A stretch of 54,428 bases of DNA from an uncultured archaeon (GCA_964549685.1 CAZJVE010000005.1:4579-59006), one strand, 5' to 3'. Counted from the first letter of the stretch, positions 17,546 to 27,756 are shown. The notes: a model not told the origin generated them from the sequence alone. Made by a program: numbers and translations.

Positions 17546-18154
17546 ATGGAAGAAGAGGAAGTTGACGATATAGTAGAGCATGCTATCTCCGAGAAGAGGA
17601 CCGTCAAAGAGGTTCTAGTGGAGATGAAGGATACGTCCGAGTTGATGATTGATCTTGCTTATTCTGCGCTGTTTACCAATTCCAAGGTTATTGCCGAGGA
17701 GGTTGAGAAGCTTGAGGCTAAGATGGATGACTTGCGGTATGAGATAGAGTCGCTTCTTATGCTATCCGCAAGGACCCCGGAGGACGCTGCGGATTTGTCG
17801 GGAATTCTTCACGTTGCCCACTCAGCCGAGAAGATATCCAATGCTGCTGATGACATAGTTGATGTTGTTCTTAGAGGCGTGGGAGACCATCCAATCTACA
17901 AGAGTTTCCTGGATGAGGTCGAGGAGCAGATTGAAAAATGCAAGGTTGAGAGTGGTTCTGAATTTGATGGAAAAACTATTGGCGAGTTAGATGTTTCAAA
18001 GGAGGTTGGCTGCTACATAAGGGCCATCCGAAGAGGAAACAAATGGATATGCAACCCGGGAAAGAATACGAAAATCCACAAGGGTGATATTCTCATTGCA
18101 AATGGCAGTGAATCCTCTCTGGAAAGAATTGCAGAGATGTGCAAGGCCAAATAG
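17546..18154 (+). CDS. PhoU + TrkA-C (RCK) domain protein
   Basis: EMKD.SELM.DLAYSAL, E.IS.AA.DI, C-terminal AIRRG..W...P...I..GD. Confidence 0.8.
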   Translation: MEEEEVDDIVEHAISEKRTVKEVLVEMKDTSELMIDLAYSALFTNSKVIAEEVEKLEAKMDDLRYEIESLLMLSARTPEDAADLSGILHVAHSAEKISNAADDIVDVVLRGVGDHPIYKSFLDEVEEQIEKCKVESGSEFDGKTIGELDVSKEVGCYIRAIRRGNKWICNPGKNTKIHKGDILIANGSESSLERIAEMCKAK

Positions 18155-18655
18155 CTAGCTCAGCACAATAACCTTCTTTACCTCCTTGAGATTCAGAATC
18201 TCATCTATAAGTTCCCAGGGCAATGGCTTCTCAGTAACGACTGACATCTCGGCATTCCTGAACATTGGGTCGTCAGTCGTGATTTGACGGATGGATATTC
18301 CTGCATCGGAGATTATTTTTGATACTGCAGTTATGATTCCACTGGATGCAGCATCCTCAGGAATCACCTCGATTGCTCCGAAGCCTAGCTCTGGAGCAAC
18401 GTCCCTGAGTAATAGAGTGGAATTTAGATTTAGAAAAATTCTTTTGAATTTATCATTATTAAGAATCGTATTAATCGTCTCCCCGATTAGTCTTCTGTCA
18501 ACGCCGAGAATTCTGGCGATGGAGGTGTGGGAGATTTCGATGTCTCCGATAAAAATCTCTCCTTCCTTGGATAACCTTATGGCATTCTTCAGCATGAATT
18601 GTGCAACAGTTGCCTGTCCTTTCTTCCTTGAGAACGTCCTGTCAAAATCCAGCAT
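18155..18655 (-). CDS. TrpY-like regulator (HTH + ACT domain)
   Basis: EIS...IAR..GVDRR, LRD.A.ELGFG..E, GI.....I.D.GISIRQ...DP; resembles the Methanothermobacter TrpY family. Confidence 0.8.
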   Translation of the reverse strand: MLDFDRTFSRKKGQATVAQFMLKNAIRLSKEGEIFIGDIEISHTSIARILGVDRRLIGETINTILNNDKFKRIFLNLNSTLLLRDVAPELGFGAIEVIPEDAASSGIITAVSKIISDAGISIRQITTDDPMFRNAEMSVVTEKPLPWELIDEILNLKEVKKVIVLS

Positions 18656-18707
18656 CGCTATTTATTCCCTCCGTTATAATTTATCATTACAGGGTTAATG
18701 AGTCAAG

Positions 18708-19922
18708 ATGAAAGATATTCTTACGCTGGATGATATTGATGTGGATGGAAAGACTGTTCTTGTAAGGGTTGACATAAACACGCCCATCGACCCAAAGACT
18801 GGGAAGCTCCTGGACGACAGAAGGGTAAGGTCCCATAAGGATACAATAACAGAACTCGTGAAAAAGAAGGCAAAGGTCGTGTTGATAGCACATCAGAGCC
18901 GGCCGGGGGAGCCGGATTTCACAACGCTTGAGAACCATGCCGGGTGGATTTCGGAGATAACCGGCCATGAGGTGAAGTACATAGACTCGATGTTCAGTTC
19001 CTGCGCCCGGGGGGAGATAGAAAGGATGAAGCCCGGCGAGATAATACTTCTGGAGAACGTTCGCTTCTACTCCGAAGAGGTTATTAATCGGCCTGCCGAT
19101 GCACAGGTTAAAACCCACGTAGTAAAGAAGCTGTCGAAGGTTGCGGACGTATACATAAACGATGCCTTTGCAACGGCCCATAGAAGCCAGCCATCGATTG
19201 TCGGCTTTCCCTTCGTTATGAAATCAGCAGCAGGGAGGCTCATGGAAAAGGAATTGAAGTCAATTGGCGCGATAATGGAGAGTCCAAAGAAGCCGGTCAC
19301 CTTCGTTTTAGGAGGGACGAAGGCCGATGATTCGATAAGGGCCACAAAGCGGGCTCTTGAGAACGGGACGGAATACATCCTGACTGGCGGGGTTGTAGCA
19401 AGCATCTTCCTCGCTGCAAAGGGCTACAGGCTTGGAGAACCAACCATAGAATTCATCAGGGGCAAGAGGATGGTGGAGCAGATTGACATAGCGAAGGGGA
19501 TTCTCTCCGATTATGAGGATAATGTCATAACCCCGGTTGACCTGGCGCTGGACAACCACGGCGAGAGGCTGGAGATTCCGGTAAGTGAATTGCCCAGGAA
19601 TCTGAAGATAAGCGATATCGGAAAGGGCACTGTGGATAAGTATGCAGACATAATAAAGAAATCCGGCACCATCTTTGCCAAGGGGGCACTGGGTATCTTC
19701 GAGGAAAAGGGCTTTGCCTACGGAACCGAGGAGATCATAAAGGCAATTGCGAATTCCAAGGGCTTCTCCGTCATTGGTGGTGGGCATCTGGTTGCTGCAG
19801 CAAAGGAGCTTGATGTTGAAGGCAAAATCAACCACATAAGCTCAGGTGGAGGAGCATGCATCAGTTTACTGGCGGGGTATAAGCTTCCTGCCGTTGAGGC
19901 CCTGAAGCACAGGACCGTGTGA
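18708..19922 (+). CDS. pgk: Phosphoglycerate kinase
   Basis: VRVD.N.P, HQSRPG, LLENVRF, NDAF..AHR, GG.K, GGGH, S.GGGA. Confidence 0.97.
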   Translation: MKDILTLDDIDVDGKTVLVRVDINTPIDPKTGKLLDDRRVRSHKDTITELVKKKAKVVLIAHQSRPGEPDFTTLENHAGWISEITGHEVKYIDSMFSSCARGEIERMKPGEIILLENVRFYSEEVINRPADAQVKTHVVKKLSKVADVYINDAFATAHRSQPSIVGFPFVMKSAAGRLMEKELKSIGAIMESPKKPVTFVLGGTKADDSIRATKRALENGTEYILTGGVVASIFLAAKGYRLGEPTIEFIRGKRMVEQIDIAKGILSDYEDNVITPVDLALDNHGERLEIPVSELPRNLKISDIGKGTVDKYADIIKKSGTIFAKGALGIFEEKGFAYGTEEIIKAIANSKGFSVIGGGHLVAAAKELDVEGKINHISSGGGACISLLAGYKLPAVEALKHRTV

Positions 19923-19985
19923 TTTTGCGTCAGGTAAAATAATCCTCTAAGTGTTTTATAATACTAATCCCAATTTCTATACAGG

Positions 19986-21167
19986 ATGTACAAAATCGGC
20001 GAAGCACTGGTTGGAAAGGGAAACGAGGTTGCCCATATCGACATCATGATTGGTGACAGAGAGGGCACCGTCGGACAGGCCTTTGCAAACAGTCTTTCAC
20101 AATTATCTGCAGGGCATACCCCTCTTCTTTCGGTAATAAGGCCGAACCTTCCATGCAAACCATATACTGTCGTGGTTCCAAAGGTTACGGTCGATGACAT
20201 GGAGGACGTCACAAAGATTTTTGGGCCTGCGCAGGCAGGAGTAGCAAAGGCGGTTGCTGATTCCGTCGAGGAGGGAATCATACCAAAGGACAAGGTGGAT
20301 GAATGGTTAATAATCTGCTCTGTCTTTATTCATCCGGAGGCGGAAGATTTCAGGAAGATATACCAGTATAATTACGGTGCAACGAAATTGGCTTTGAAAA
20401 GGGCGTTGGGAGATTACCCGAACCTGGACAAGATTATGTTCGACAAGGACAGGGCAACTCACCCAATAATGGGCTTCAAGGTCCCCAGGCTGCCGAAATG
20501 GAACGCGCCGTATCTCCAAATAGCGCTTGACAACCCTGACCTTGAATACATAAAGAGGGTCATAAAGGAGCTTCCGCACAGCGACAAGATTATCCTTGAG
20601 GCAGGCACTCCCTTGATAAAGAAGTACGGCGTCAAGGCAATAGCCGAGCTCAGGAATGTAGCAAAGAGCTATTTCATGATAGCTGATCTTAAAACGCTGG
20701 ATGTCGGGCAGGTTGAGGTTGACATGGCGTTTGATGAGGGGGCCGATGCCGTGGTAGCCTCCGGGCTGGCAACCAATGAGGTATTGGACAAGTTCATCTA
20801 CGAGGCGAAGAGGCTTGGTATTTACGCAGTCATCGACACGATGAATGTCGATAACCCCCTGACCAAATTAAAAGCCCTGAAGGATTTGCCCGATGTCGTT
20901 ATACTTCACAGAGCAATCGACTCAGAGAAGACCCAGGAGCACAAGTGGAGCCAGATAGGCAAGATAAAGAAGGAATTCCCCAATCTCTATGTTGCAGTTG
21001 CGGGAGGAATAGACTCAAGCACCGCTCCTTTGGCTCTCAAGGAGGGTGCGGACATACTTATAGTAGGCAGATACATCACACAGTCCAAGGACGTGGAGAG
21101 GTCGACAAGGGAGTTCATAAGACTCGTTGGAGGAGATATAGACCTGAAGAGGGTTCACGTGGAATGA
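19986..21167 (+). CDS. fae-hps: Bifunctional formaldehyde-activating enzyme / 3-hexulose-6-phosphate synthase
   Basis: IGEAL.G.GNE.AHID, FGPAQ, VFIHP (Fae); LQIALD, EAGTPL, ADLKTLD.G, AGG, IVGR.IT (Hps). Confidence 0.93.
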   Translation: MYKIGEALVGKGNEVAHIDIMIGDREGTVGQAFANSLSQLSAGHTPLLSVIRPNLPCKPYTVVVPKVTVDDMEDVTKIFGPAQAGVAKAVADSVEEGIIPKDKVDEWLIICSVFIHPEAEDFRKIYQYNYGATKLALKRALGDYPNLDKIMFDKDRATHPIMGFKVPRLPKWNAPYLQIALDNPDLEYIKRVIKELPHSDKIILEAGTPLIKKYGVKAIAELRNVAKSYFMIADLKTLDVGQVEVDMAFDEGADAVVASGLATNEVLDKFIYEAKRLGIYAVIDTMNVDNPLTKLKALKDLPDVVILHRAIDSEKTQEHKWSQIGKIKKEFPNLYVAVAGGIDSSTAPLALKEGADILIVGRYITQSKDVERSTREFIRLVGGDIDLKRVHVE

Positions 21168-21190
21168 GTCTAAAGATATGTGCAATGATT

Positions 21191-21634
21191 CTAAGGCTCT
21201 AGGAGTCCAAAGCCGGTGTCCTGGTCAATAACGCGTTTTGCATCTGTATCTAGGAGTTCTAACAAAACGATTTCCATTATATGCCAGACCTTAACCCCCT
21301 GCCTTACACAGCCTGCTTTGGTGAATTCTTCCCTCCCACCCGCGAGATGCATATGCAGTTTGGGATTGCCATGCTCATCCGGAAAAATCGTGCCGGTGCC
21401 GGTTATCTCATGGACCCCGTCCAGAATGAGTTCCATCGGCCTGATGGGTTTGCTTCTTCCTTCTTCCGGACCCACAATCAACTTGCTGCCGGTGTCTGCT
21501 CCTCCCACTGCAATTAACATGGCTGCTTTGATTGATTTCTCATTTGCAAATTCTTCTATTTTTTCATGCAGAATATCGCCGTCCTCAAGTCGTATTACAA
21601 AAATTCTGCCATGTTTTGCTTCCGAATACTTCAT
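21191..21634 (-). CDS. PPC (DUF296) domain protein
   Basis: RL..GD.L...I, EI.G.GT, P.LH.H. Confidence 0.85.
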   Translation of the reverse strand: MKYSEAKHGRIFVIRLEDGDILHEKIEEFANEKSIKAAMLIAVGGADTGSKLIVGPEEGRSKPIRPMELILDGVHEITGTGTIFPDEHGNPKLHMHLAGGREEFTKAGCVRQGVKVWHIMEIVLLELLDTDAKRVIDQDTGFGLLEP

Positions 21635-21644
21635 TTTTTGTATG

Positions 21645-23354
21645 CTACTTCATCCAGAGAATCAGCGTGGCCTCTGTCATACGTGTCGTAGTACCGGTCG
21701 TAATGTTTGAGGTTTTAAAGGTCATCGAAGTCTCGTTGAAAGGCATCCCATCTATCAGATCCATTATGCCGTCATTGTCGGTATCTGATTTATTTACAAT
21801 GCGGTATATCGCATCATTGAGTGCATCGTCCCCTCCGGGCGCCAAGTGAGCCACAGAAGTGTAATTGCATTCGTTGCTTCCGGGGTAGCCCTCCGGGATT
21901 CTGACCGTGACGTTCTCATTAGTAAGTGTTTTGTTTATGTGCTCGATAAGCCACTCACAGCCCACCATACGTTTAAATGCCTCCCCATAGCTTACGTTTG
22001 CAATGGAATATCTCTTGCCGGTTTCAGTGTTATTATAGAGCAACCACGCCCTTGCAATATGGTCGCTGCTTGTGTTTATCTCCAATGCCTCTTCAGTAGA
22101 GCTTAAATTGGCTATCTTCTTGGAGATATTCAGGTATATCTCTTCCAGGTCGCCAGCATCAGCAGCATAGTAGTATTCTCCATTTCCAGCAGCGGCTATC
22201 TCCATGAGGTCGGCTTCGTTCACACCTGCGCCGAACCCCACCGCATAAACTGCAATGTTATATACTTCATATGCCTCCCTTGCCGCCTCAATTGCCGCAT
22301 ACTTGCCTGTAGGTGAATAGTCACCACATTCGAAATCATCGGGCATGTAGGCCTCCATCGAATAGGCATCGGCCGCCTCAGAATCCATAGGGGCCATTGT
22401 TGCCTTACCATCGGTCATTATAAGAACGGCCCACGAATGACCCGAGTCGCCCTCCTGCACAAGTGTCTTAACTGCAGCATGAATCCCGCAGCCGATACAC
22501 GTGCCACCGTTGGCAGTATATGCATCTATGGTGTTATTTAATGAAAGTCCATCAGCTGTCGGATTAGCATCTATTTGGGCATCCGAATAACCATTCCCTA
22601 TCATGTTACCATAGTAATCGGGCCTGACAAACGACCTGTTATCGGTGGCGTTAAAGGGGTTGTAGGGGTCGCAGTTCCAGTTATTACATGCTGTAACCCA
22701 TCTACTACATAGCGATTGCCCACCGGAGGCTAAACAGCACGTGTTCCATCGGTCCGTTGCCTCGGCACTTCCCTCCAAAACAGAGTCGCCATAGCTAACC
22801 AGCCCTACCCGGTTGCCGCTTTCATTCAGCACGATAGAGACGAACTCCTTGGACGCTGCCTTGGCGTCAGCCAGCTTACCCCCATTGTTCATGCTGCCTG
22901 AGAGATCCGTGGCAAGAATTGCATCGACATTCACGACTATCACCTCTGTATAGACGCTTACCTCCTGCCCGTATCCCGTAATGAATCTGGTTGATTTTGT
23001 TTTCTCCGATGCTTGTGCCTCACCAACCCGCAGGTTCTCACAGATTGTATCGTTGTCAAACCTAAGCCTGTACCCCATATTATCCGGGATAAGCTGCTCC
23101 AGATAAAAGGTTGCGGTGTCGTTGGCAAGCTGCGTGTTGTTCTCTGCCCAGTAGATTACTATCTCCTCAAGAGCCCCCCTCTTGTTCAGAACCTCGATGG
23201 AATCCTCGGTCGTGGAATGCAACTCAAGGAAACCAACCTCCTTAACGTTTATGGACCTCGTGTGCTCCATGGTTATCAGGCCCACGAATACCAGAAGTAT
23301 AAAGATGAGAGCAAGAATCGCATCCCACGTCATCACATAGCCCTTGCGCTTCAT
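21645..23354 (-). CDS. VWA-domain surface protein with class III (prepilin-like) signal peptide
   Basis: MKRKG/YVMTWDA + hydrophobic helix; MIDAS DLSGSM...GGT...MTDG; AVGFG. Confidence 0.8.
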   Translation of the reverse strand: MKRKGYVMTWDAILALIFILLVFVGLITMEHTRSINVKEVGFLELHSTTEDSIEVLNKRGALEEIVIYWAENNTQLANDTATFYLEQLIPDNMGYRLRFDNDTICENLRVGEAQASEKTKSTRFITGYGQEVSVYTEVIVVNVDAILATDLSGSMNNGGKLADAKAASKEFVSIVLNESGNRVGLVSYGDSVLEGSAEATDRWNTCCLASGGQSLCSRWVTACNNWNCDPYNPFNATDNRSFVRPDYYGNMIGNGYSDAQIDANPTADGLSLNNTIDAYTANGGTCIGCGIHAAVKTLVQEGDSGHSWAVLIMTDGKATMAPMDSEAADAYSMEAYMPDDFECGDYSPTGKYAAIEAAREAYEVYNIAVYAVGFGAGVNEADLMEIAAAGNGEYYYAADAGDLEEIYLNISKKIANLSSTEEALEINTSSDHIARAWLLYNNTETGKRYSIANVSYGEAFKRMVGCEWLIEHINKTLTNENVTVRIPEGYPGSNECNYTSVAHLAPGGDDALNDAIYRIVNKSDTDNDGIMDLIDGMPFNETSMTFKTSNITTGTTTRMTEATLILWMK

Positions 23355-23356
23355 TT

Positions 23357-23956
23357 TTAGTAGCGGCCCCCATAGACCATCTCATATTCGCCTTCGACCC
23401 TGCCTGTCTCCTCATGGGTTGTCATGCCCCGCATAAGGATTCTCTTGGCAATATCGTCTATGCCCTCCATATGAAATACCTCGCCGATTATATATCTCGT
23501 TTCTACCTTTATCCAAAATTTTTCGCCTTCCACTATTTCACGGTCCCTTGGAGCACAGCCAACTGCATTTATGTCGAACCTCTCCCATGTGGGAAGTATA
23601 AAGGGTAATGTGTGGGTCTCGTTCCGGTAGATTATCTCATCTCCGGGATGGATATAGCATCTTCCTGATTCGTCATTCTCTACCGTTATATTAAGGATTG
23701 TAATCCTGGCCATCCACAGGTTGATAAACCTCGTGGTGAGATTTCCATCGCTCGTGAGAGAAATTCCTGAGGGGACGGGTAAGAGGTATCCAAACCCATT
23801 CACCTCATACCCTGTGCCGATATAGCTGTCCAGTTCAGTAATAACAAGAAGGAGATAGATGAGAGCCATTATCACAAGGGGCACGATGACAACTAGATGC
23901 TCGGCCTTTATTTTTCTGTCTGTGGGCATTCGTTTTCTTCTTGGCCTGGATTCCAT
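23357..23956 (-). CDS. Hypothetical membrane-anchored protein
   Basis: Single N-terminal TM helix; start uncertain (23956 or 23929). Confidence 0.6.
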   Translation of the reverse strand: MESRPRRKRMPTDRKIKAEHLVVIVPLVIMALIYLLLVITELDSYIGTGYEVNGFGYLLPVPSGISLTSDGNLTTRFINLWMARITILNITVENDESGRCYIHPGDEIIYRNETHTLPFILPTWERFDINAVGCAPRDREIVEGEKFWIKVETRYIIGEVFHMEGIDDIAKRILMRGMTTHEETGRVEGEYEMVYGGRY

Positions 23957-23960
23957 TCTG

Positions 23961-24479
23961 TTATTGGTCAATACTTGCAACGCCTCCTGCCTCGAATAGG
24001 GCGTTGAGTGTTGCAACCATTGTAGAATTCAGATACTCCTCCAAATCGGTTTCCTTCCTTATGTGGATTGTGTAGATTGCATCTGTCAGACCGGCATCGT
24101 CCAGAATCTCCTCAATCCTTGCCCTGACCTTCATGAGGATTTCCTCATCCAGTTCGAATTCGCAGAGAAACGCAAGTGGTCTTAGACCCTCATCAAGAGC
24201 AGACGGTATGAGTGAGACCATAATTATCTCCTTATTGTCGACGCCCTTGCCAGGGTTGGAGAGGGTTACGCCTGCCTTTTTCCATTCAAGGATGTTCAGG
24301 TTGTCGACTCCGATTTTCTTGAGGGTGTCCTTTATCTCGTCCAGGTTCTCGCTTCTGAGATGGAGTGTAACCTCCCTCCCTACGAGTGACATCTGCAGAA
24401 TCCCGCTCCTTGATAGTGAACTGAAGAGTGTGTCAGGGTTTCCGTTGTAGGAGCCGGACATGGCAACGATATGTTTCAT
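23961..24479 (-). CDS. Hypothetical protein
   Basis: 172-aa ORF heading the minus-strand run; no motif recognised. Confidence 0.65.
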   Translation of the reverse strand: MKHIVAMSGSYNGNPDTLFSSLSRSGILQMSLVGREVTLHLRSENLDEIKDTLKKIGVDNLNILEWKKAGVTLSNPGKGVDNKEIIMVSLIPSALDEGLRPLAFLCEFELDEEILMKVRARIEEILDDAGLTDAIYTIHIRKETDLEEYLNSTMVATLNALFEAGGVASIDQ

Positions 24480-24523
24480 CCTAATCCATTAATATATGCA
24501 TTGCGGATATTTATATTAGCCCA

Positions 24524-25099
24524 ATGGAAATCGATAACCTGAAACTGAAGCGGGAGGTCTATAAGCCAGCGGAGGATTCCTTCCTTCTTGCCGAGAACCT
24601 TCTGGTCGAGGAGGGGGATGCCGTCCTTGATGTGGGAACAGGGACGGGAATTCTCGCACTGACTGCAGCAGAAAAGGCCAGTCGTGTGGTTGGCACGGAC
24701 ATAAATCCAATGGCAATAGAGCTGGCGAGGGAGAATGCGAGGGTGAACGGGATTGGGAATGTAGACTTCATCCAGTGTGATTTGTTTCCCCCAAGTAATG
24801 AAAAATTCGACCTCATAATTTTCAATCCACCCTATCTCCCAGTAAAGGAGCAGGGACTTCTGGAGAAGGCGTGGAGCGGCGGTGAGGGAGGCATCGATTT
24901 GATAGAGAAATTCCTCGATTCTGTTTCCAACCATCTCAAGGATGGCGGGATTTTCGAGCTGCTGGTTTCTTCGCTGGGCGATATGGAAAGAATCGACGAG
25001 CTTCTAAAGAAGAATAATATCGAATCCGAAGTCATCGCAAAAAAGAAGCTCTTCTTCGAGGAGCTTTCTGTAGTCAAAGGGAAAATATTTAACCATTAG
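24524..25099 (+). CDS. HemK2/Mtq2-type protein methyltransferase
   Basis: VY.PAEDS.LL, LDVGTGTG, FNPPYLP, GG..G. Confidence 0.9.
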   Translation: MEIDNLKLKREVYKPAEDSFLLAENLLVEEGDAVLDVGTGTGILALTAAEKASRVVGTDINPMAIELARENARVNGIGNVDFIQCDLFPPSNEKFDLIIFNPPYLPVKEQGLLEKAWSGGEGGIDLIEKFLDSVSNHLKDGGIFELLVSSLGDMERIDELLKKNNIESEVIAKKKLFFEELSVVKGKIFNH

Positions 25100-25114
25100 C
25101 GGGAATATTAGATT

Positions 25115-25651
25115 ATGACCGAGGATGTAAGGGGGGTGATAGAGGCTGCCCTCTTTGTTTCGGGAAGGATTCTCACGCTGGATGAGATTTCAAGAATCTG
25201 CGAATCGGGCAATGCAGGGCTTATAAAGCAGGCCCTTGCCAAACTGAAGGAGGAGTACAGCTCAAGGAATTCCGGCATCGAGATTTATGAGTACGACAGC
25301 GGCTACGGGATGAGAATCAGAGCTGACGTGGAGCCATCTGTCATGCACCTTGCAGCAGAAACGGAGATTCCACCGGCAATGCTGAAGACCCTCGCTCTCA
25401 TTGCATATGAGCAGCCCGTCATGCAGTCAAAGCTCGTCAAGGAGAGAGGCACTAGAGTCTACAAGTACGTTAAACACTTAAGGGAGCAGGAGCTTATCGA
25501 GGCAAAAAGAAAGGGCAGAACAAGGGTTCTCACTGTAACCCCGAAGTTCAAGGAGTATTTCCAGGTCCAGGATGTGAAGGAGTTGGTCAATGAGGACGTG
25601 AAGGAACTTGTAAATGCTGAGGAAGAAACGGCTGATTCTGAAGAGATTTGA
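25115..25651 (+). CDS. scpB: SMC-Scp complex subunit ScpB
   Basis: IEAALF, L.TLALIAY.QPV....L...RG, T..F..YF. Confidence 0.9.
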   Translation: MTEDVRGVIEAALFVSGRILTLDEISRICESGNAGLIKQALAKLKEEYSSRNSGIEIYEYDSGYGMRIRADVEPSVMHLAAETEIPPAMLKTLALIAYEQPVMQSKLVKERGTRVYKYVKHLREQELIEAKRKGRTRVLTVTPKFKEYFQVQDVKELVNEDVKELVNAEEETADSEEI

Positions 25652-25688
25652 ATTTATTAACGCGTATTCCAATTCTTAGTAAATTAAA

Positions 25689-26954
25689 ATGGAATTTCAA
25701 CAAAGAATCCTTTCACTCATCGAGGAGCAGGAGTCTTGGAGAGGGAGCTGCCTCAACATGATTGCATCAGAGAATGTGGTCTCTCCATCAGTAACGAGAG
25801 CCGTTGCCTCGGACTTTGGCCATAGATACGCCGAGGGAATGCTTGCCGGCAAGGACAATGAAGGAATGCATCTGTTCGACCGCTTCTACCAGGGGAATAA
25901 ATTCTTTGATAAAGTGGAGGCAATAGCAATCAAACTCTCGGAGGAGCTCTTCAATGCCGAGCATGCTAATGTCGTTCCAATCTCGGGGGTTGTTGCAAAC
26001 CTCTCGGCCTATTATGCTCTGGCTAGCTATGGCGATAAGATTTCCGCCCTCACCATTCCTGCCGGGGCCCACATATCACACGGTAAGGTTTCAGCGGCAG
26101 GGGTCATGGGGATGGGGACCATCCCATATGCATTTGACAATGAAGAGATGAACATAGATGTCGATGGCTCAAAGAAGATTCTTCTCGAGGAAAAGCCCAG
26201 CATCATGGTCCTCGGCGCAAGCGTTTTTCTGTTCCCTCATCCAGTTAGAGAAATGAGGGAGATTGCCGATGAGATTGACGCAAAGATTGTCTATGACGCT
26301 GCTCACGTTCTCGGCCTGATAGCAGGGAAGAGGTTCCAGAGTCCGTTTGAGGAGGGGGTTGATGTCATTACCGCATCGACTCACAAAACCATGCCTGGAC
26401 CACAGGGGGGAGTCATCATGTGCAAGGAGGAACTTGGCAAGAAAATTGACAATGCTGCGTTTCCGGGCCTTGTCAGCAACCATCATCTTCATCATGTCGC
26501 AGGGTATGCAATAGCCCTTGCAGAGATGCAAAAGTTTGGGGAGGATTACGCAGGGCAGATAGTAAAGAACTCAAAGACCCTGGGCCAGGCAATGCACGAA
26601 AACGGCTTCAAGGTCCTGTGCGAGAACAGGGGCTTTACGGAATCACACCAGCTTCTCCTGGACGTTTCGGAGTTTGGAGGTGGAAAGGAATTCGCCGACA
26701 GGATGGAGAGATCGAACATAATCCTGAACAAGAACATGCTCCCCTGGGATTCGATGAAGGACTCGAGAAATCCCTCCGGGATAAGGATTGGCGTGCAGGA
26801 GCTGACAAGGGTTGGCATGAAGGAGTCCGAGATGAAGGAGATTGGAAATCTTGTAAAGAGGGTTATAGTAGATAAGGAGGAGCCGGAGAAGGTCAAGTCC
26901 GATGTGGTGGAGCTGAGGAAGGGTTTCACCAAGATTCATTACTGTTTTGACTGA
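25689..26954 (+). CDS. glyA: Serine hydroxymethyltransferase
   Basis: MIASEN, YAEG, YDAAHVLGL, STHKT..GPQGG, SG.R.G. Confidence 0.96.
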   Translation: MEFQQRILSLIEEQESWRGSCLNMIASENVVSPSVTRAVASDFGHRYAEGMLAGKDNEGMHLFDRFYQGNKFFDKVEAIAIKLSEELFNAEHANVVPISGVVANLSAYYALASYGDKISALTIPAGAHISHGKVSAAGVMGMGTIPYAFDNEEMNIDVDGSKKILLEEKPSIMVLGASVFLFPHPVREMREIADEIDAKIVYDAAHVLGLIAGKRFQSPFEEGVDVITASTHKTMPGPQGGVIMCKEELGKKIDNAAFPGLVSNHHLHHVAGYAIALAEMQKFGEDYAGQIVKNSKTLGQAMHENGFKVLCENRGFTESHQLLLDVSEFGGGKEFADRMERSNIILNKNMLPWDSMKDSRNPSGIRIGVQELTRVGMKESEMKEIGNLVKRVIVDKEEPEKVKSDVVELRKGFTKIHYCFD

Positions 26955-26992
26955 ACCTCTATTTTTTTATTCTAAAAGGGGTAAATAGGATA

Positions 26993-27451
26993 ATGATGAG
27001 TAATTTGGATTATGCCGTTTTTGGAATCGTTGCCGTAATTCTGCTTAGCGGATGTGTCGGAGTCAGGAACGAAGAATCAGCTCCGGGGACTACCCTCAGC
27101 ACTATCCCCACCACAACCGCGGAGCCATGCAGGCTCAGTCAGGAGGAATGCGACACGCATTGTGAGGAGATGTGCGGCTCTGATGGAGTTGACTACTGTC
27201 TCTTCGACGAGGAGGGGTGCAACTGCAAATATGGGTGTGGTATAGAGACTACAAGCACCTCGACTACGACCATAGGTCGTGTAACCTGCGACATCTACTG
27301 CAGGGATATAGCGGGTTATGAGTCCGGAATCTGCAGGATAAACCCAGGGGAGTGTAGGACTAGAGGTGTGAAGGAAACCTATAAGGTAAAGGGTAACAAA
27401 TACTGCCCCAAGAACAGGCCTGAGGATAGCTGCTGCTGCAGACTAGAGTGA
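26993..27451 (+). CDS. Cys-rich lipoprotein
   Basis: Lipobox LLSGC, Thr-rich linkers, two 8-Cys domains. Confidence 0.7.
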   Translation: MMSNLDYAVFGIVAVILLSGCVGVRNEESAPGTTLSTIPTTTAEPCRLSQEECDTHCEEMCGSDGVDYCLFDEEGCNCKYGCGIETTSTSTTTIGRVTCDIYCRDIAGYESGICRINPGECRTRGVKETYKVKGNKYCPKNRPEDSCCCRLE

Positions 27452-27492
27452 TTCTGACTTTTTAAATCATAGTCTATATTCTTATAGTATTC

Positions 27493-27565
27493 TCCCAGTA
27501 TTACTGGGATAAGAAAATTGCCAAAAGGCAATTTTGTTGCAGAGGATAAAGTTATACTTTATCCT
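27493..27565 (+). promoter_or_regulatory. Three adjacent perfect palindromes in the leader of the que operon
   Basis: TCCCAGTA-T-TACTGGGA; AAAATTGCC-AAAA-GGCAATTTT; AGGATAAAGT-TAT-ACTTTATCCT; TTTAAA at about 27461. Confidence 0.55.
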
Positions 27566-27576
27566 ACTGTAGGAAA

Positions 27577-27756
27577 ATGCCAAAAATCAGCGTTGAGATT
27601 CCCAAACACATCCTGGATGATTTACGGGAGCATGTGGGGGATGACAGGAAATTCGTCAACATGTCCGATGCCATAAGGACGGCCTGCAGGAAGATGCTGG
27701 ACATGATGGATGGAGTGGATGAGATGCACGGAAGAAGGAAGAGGTCCAGAAAATGA
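27577..27756 (+). CDS. Ribbon-helix-helix (CopG-like) regulator (59 aa; not in ORF track)
   Basis: MPKISVEIPKHILDDLREHVGDDRKFVNMSDAIRTACRKMLD...; ATGA overlap with queD. Confidence 0.8.
   Translation: MPKISVEIPKHILDDLREHVGDDRKFVNMSDAIRTACRKMLDMMDGVDEMHGRRKRSRK

Noticed and set aside
25571-25615. Tandem DVKELVN duplication at the ScpB C-terminus
   Set aside because: Short diverged in-frame duplication in a tail; no sign of function
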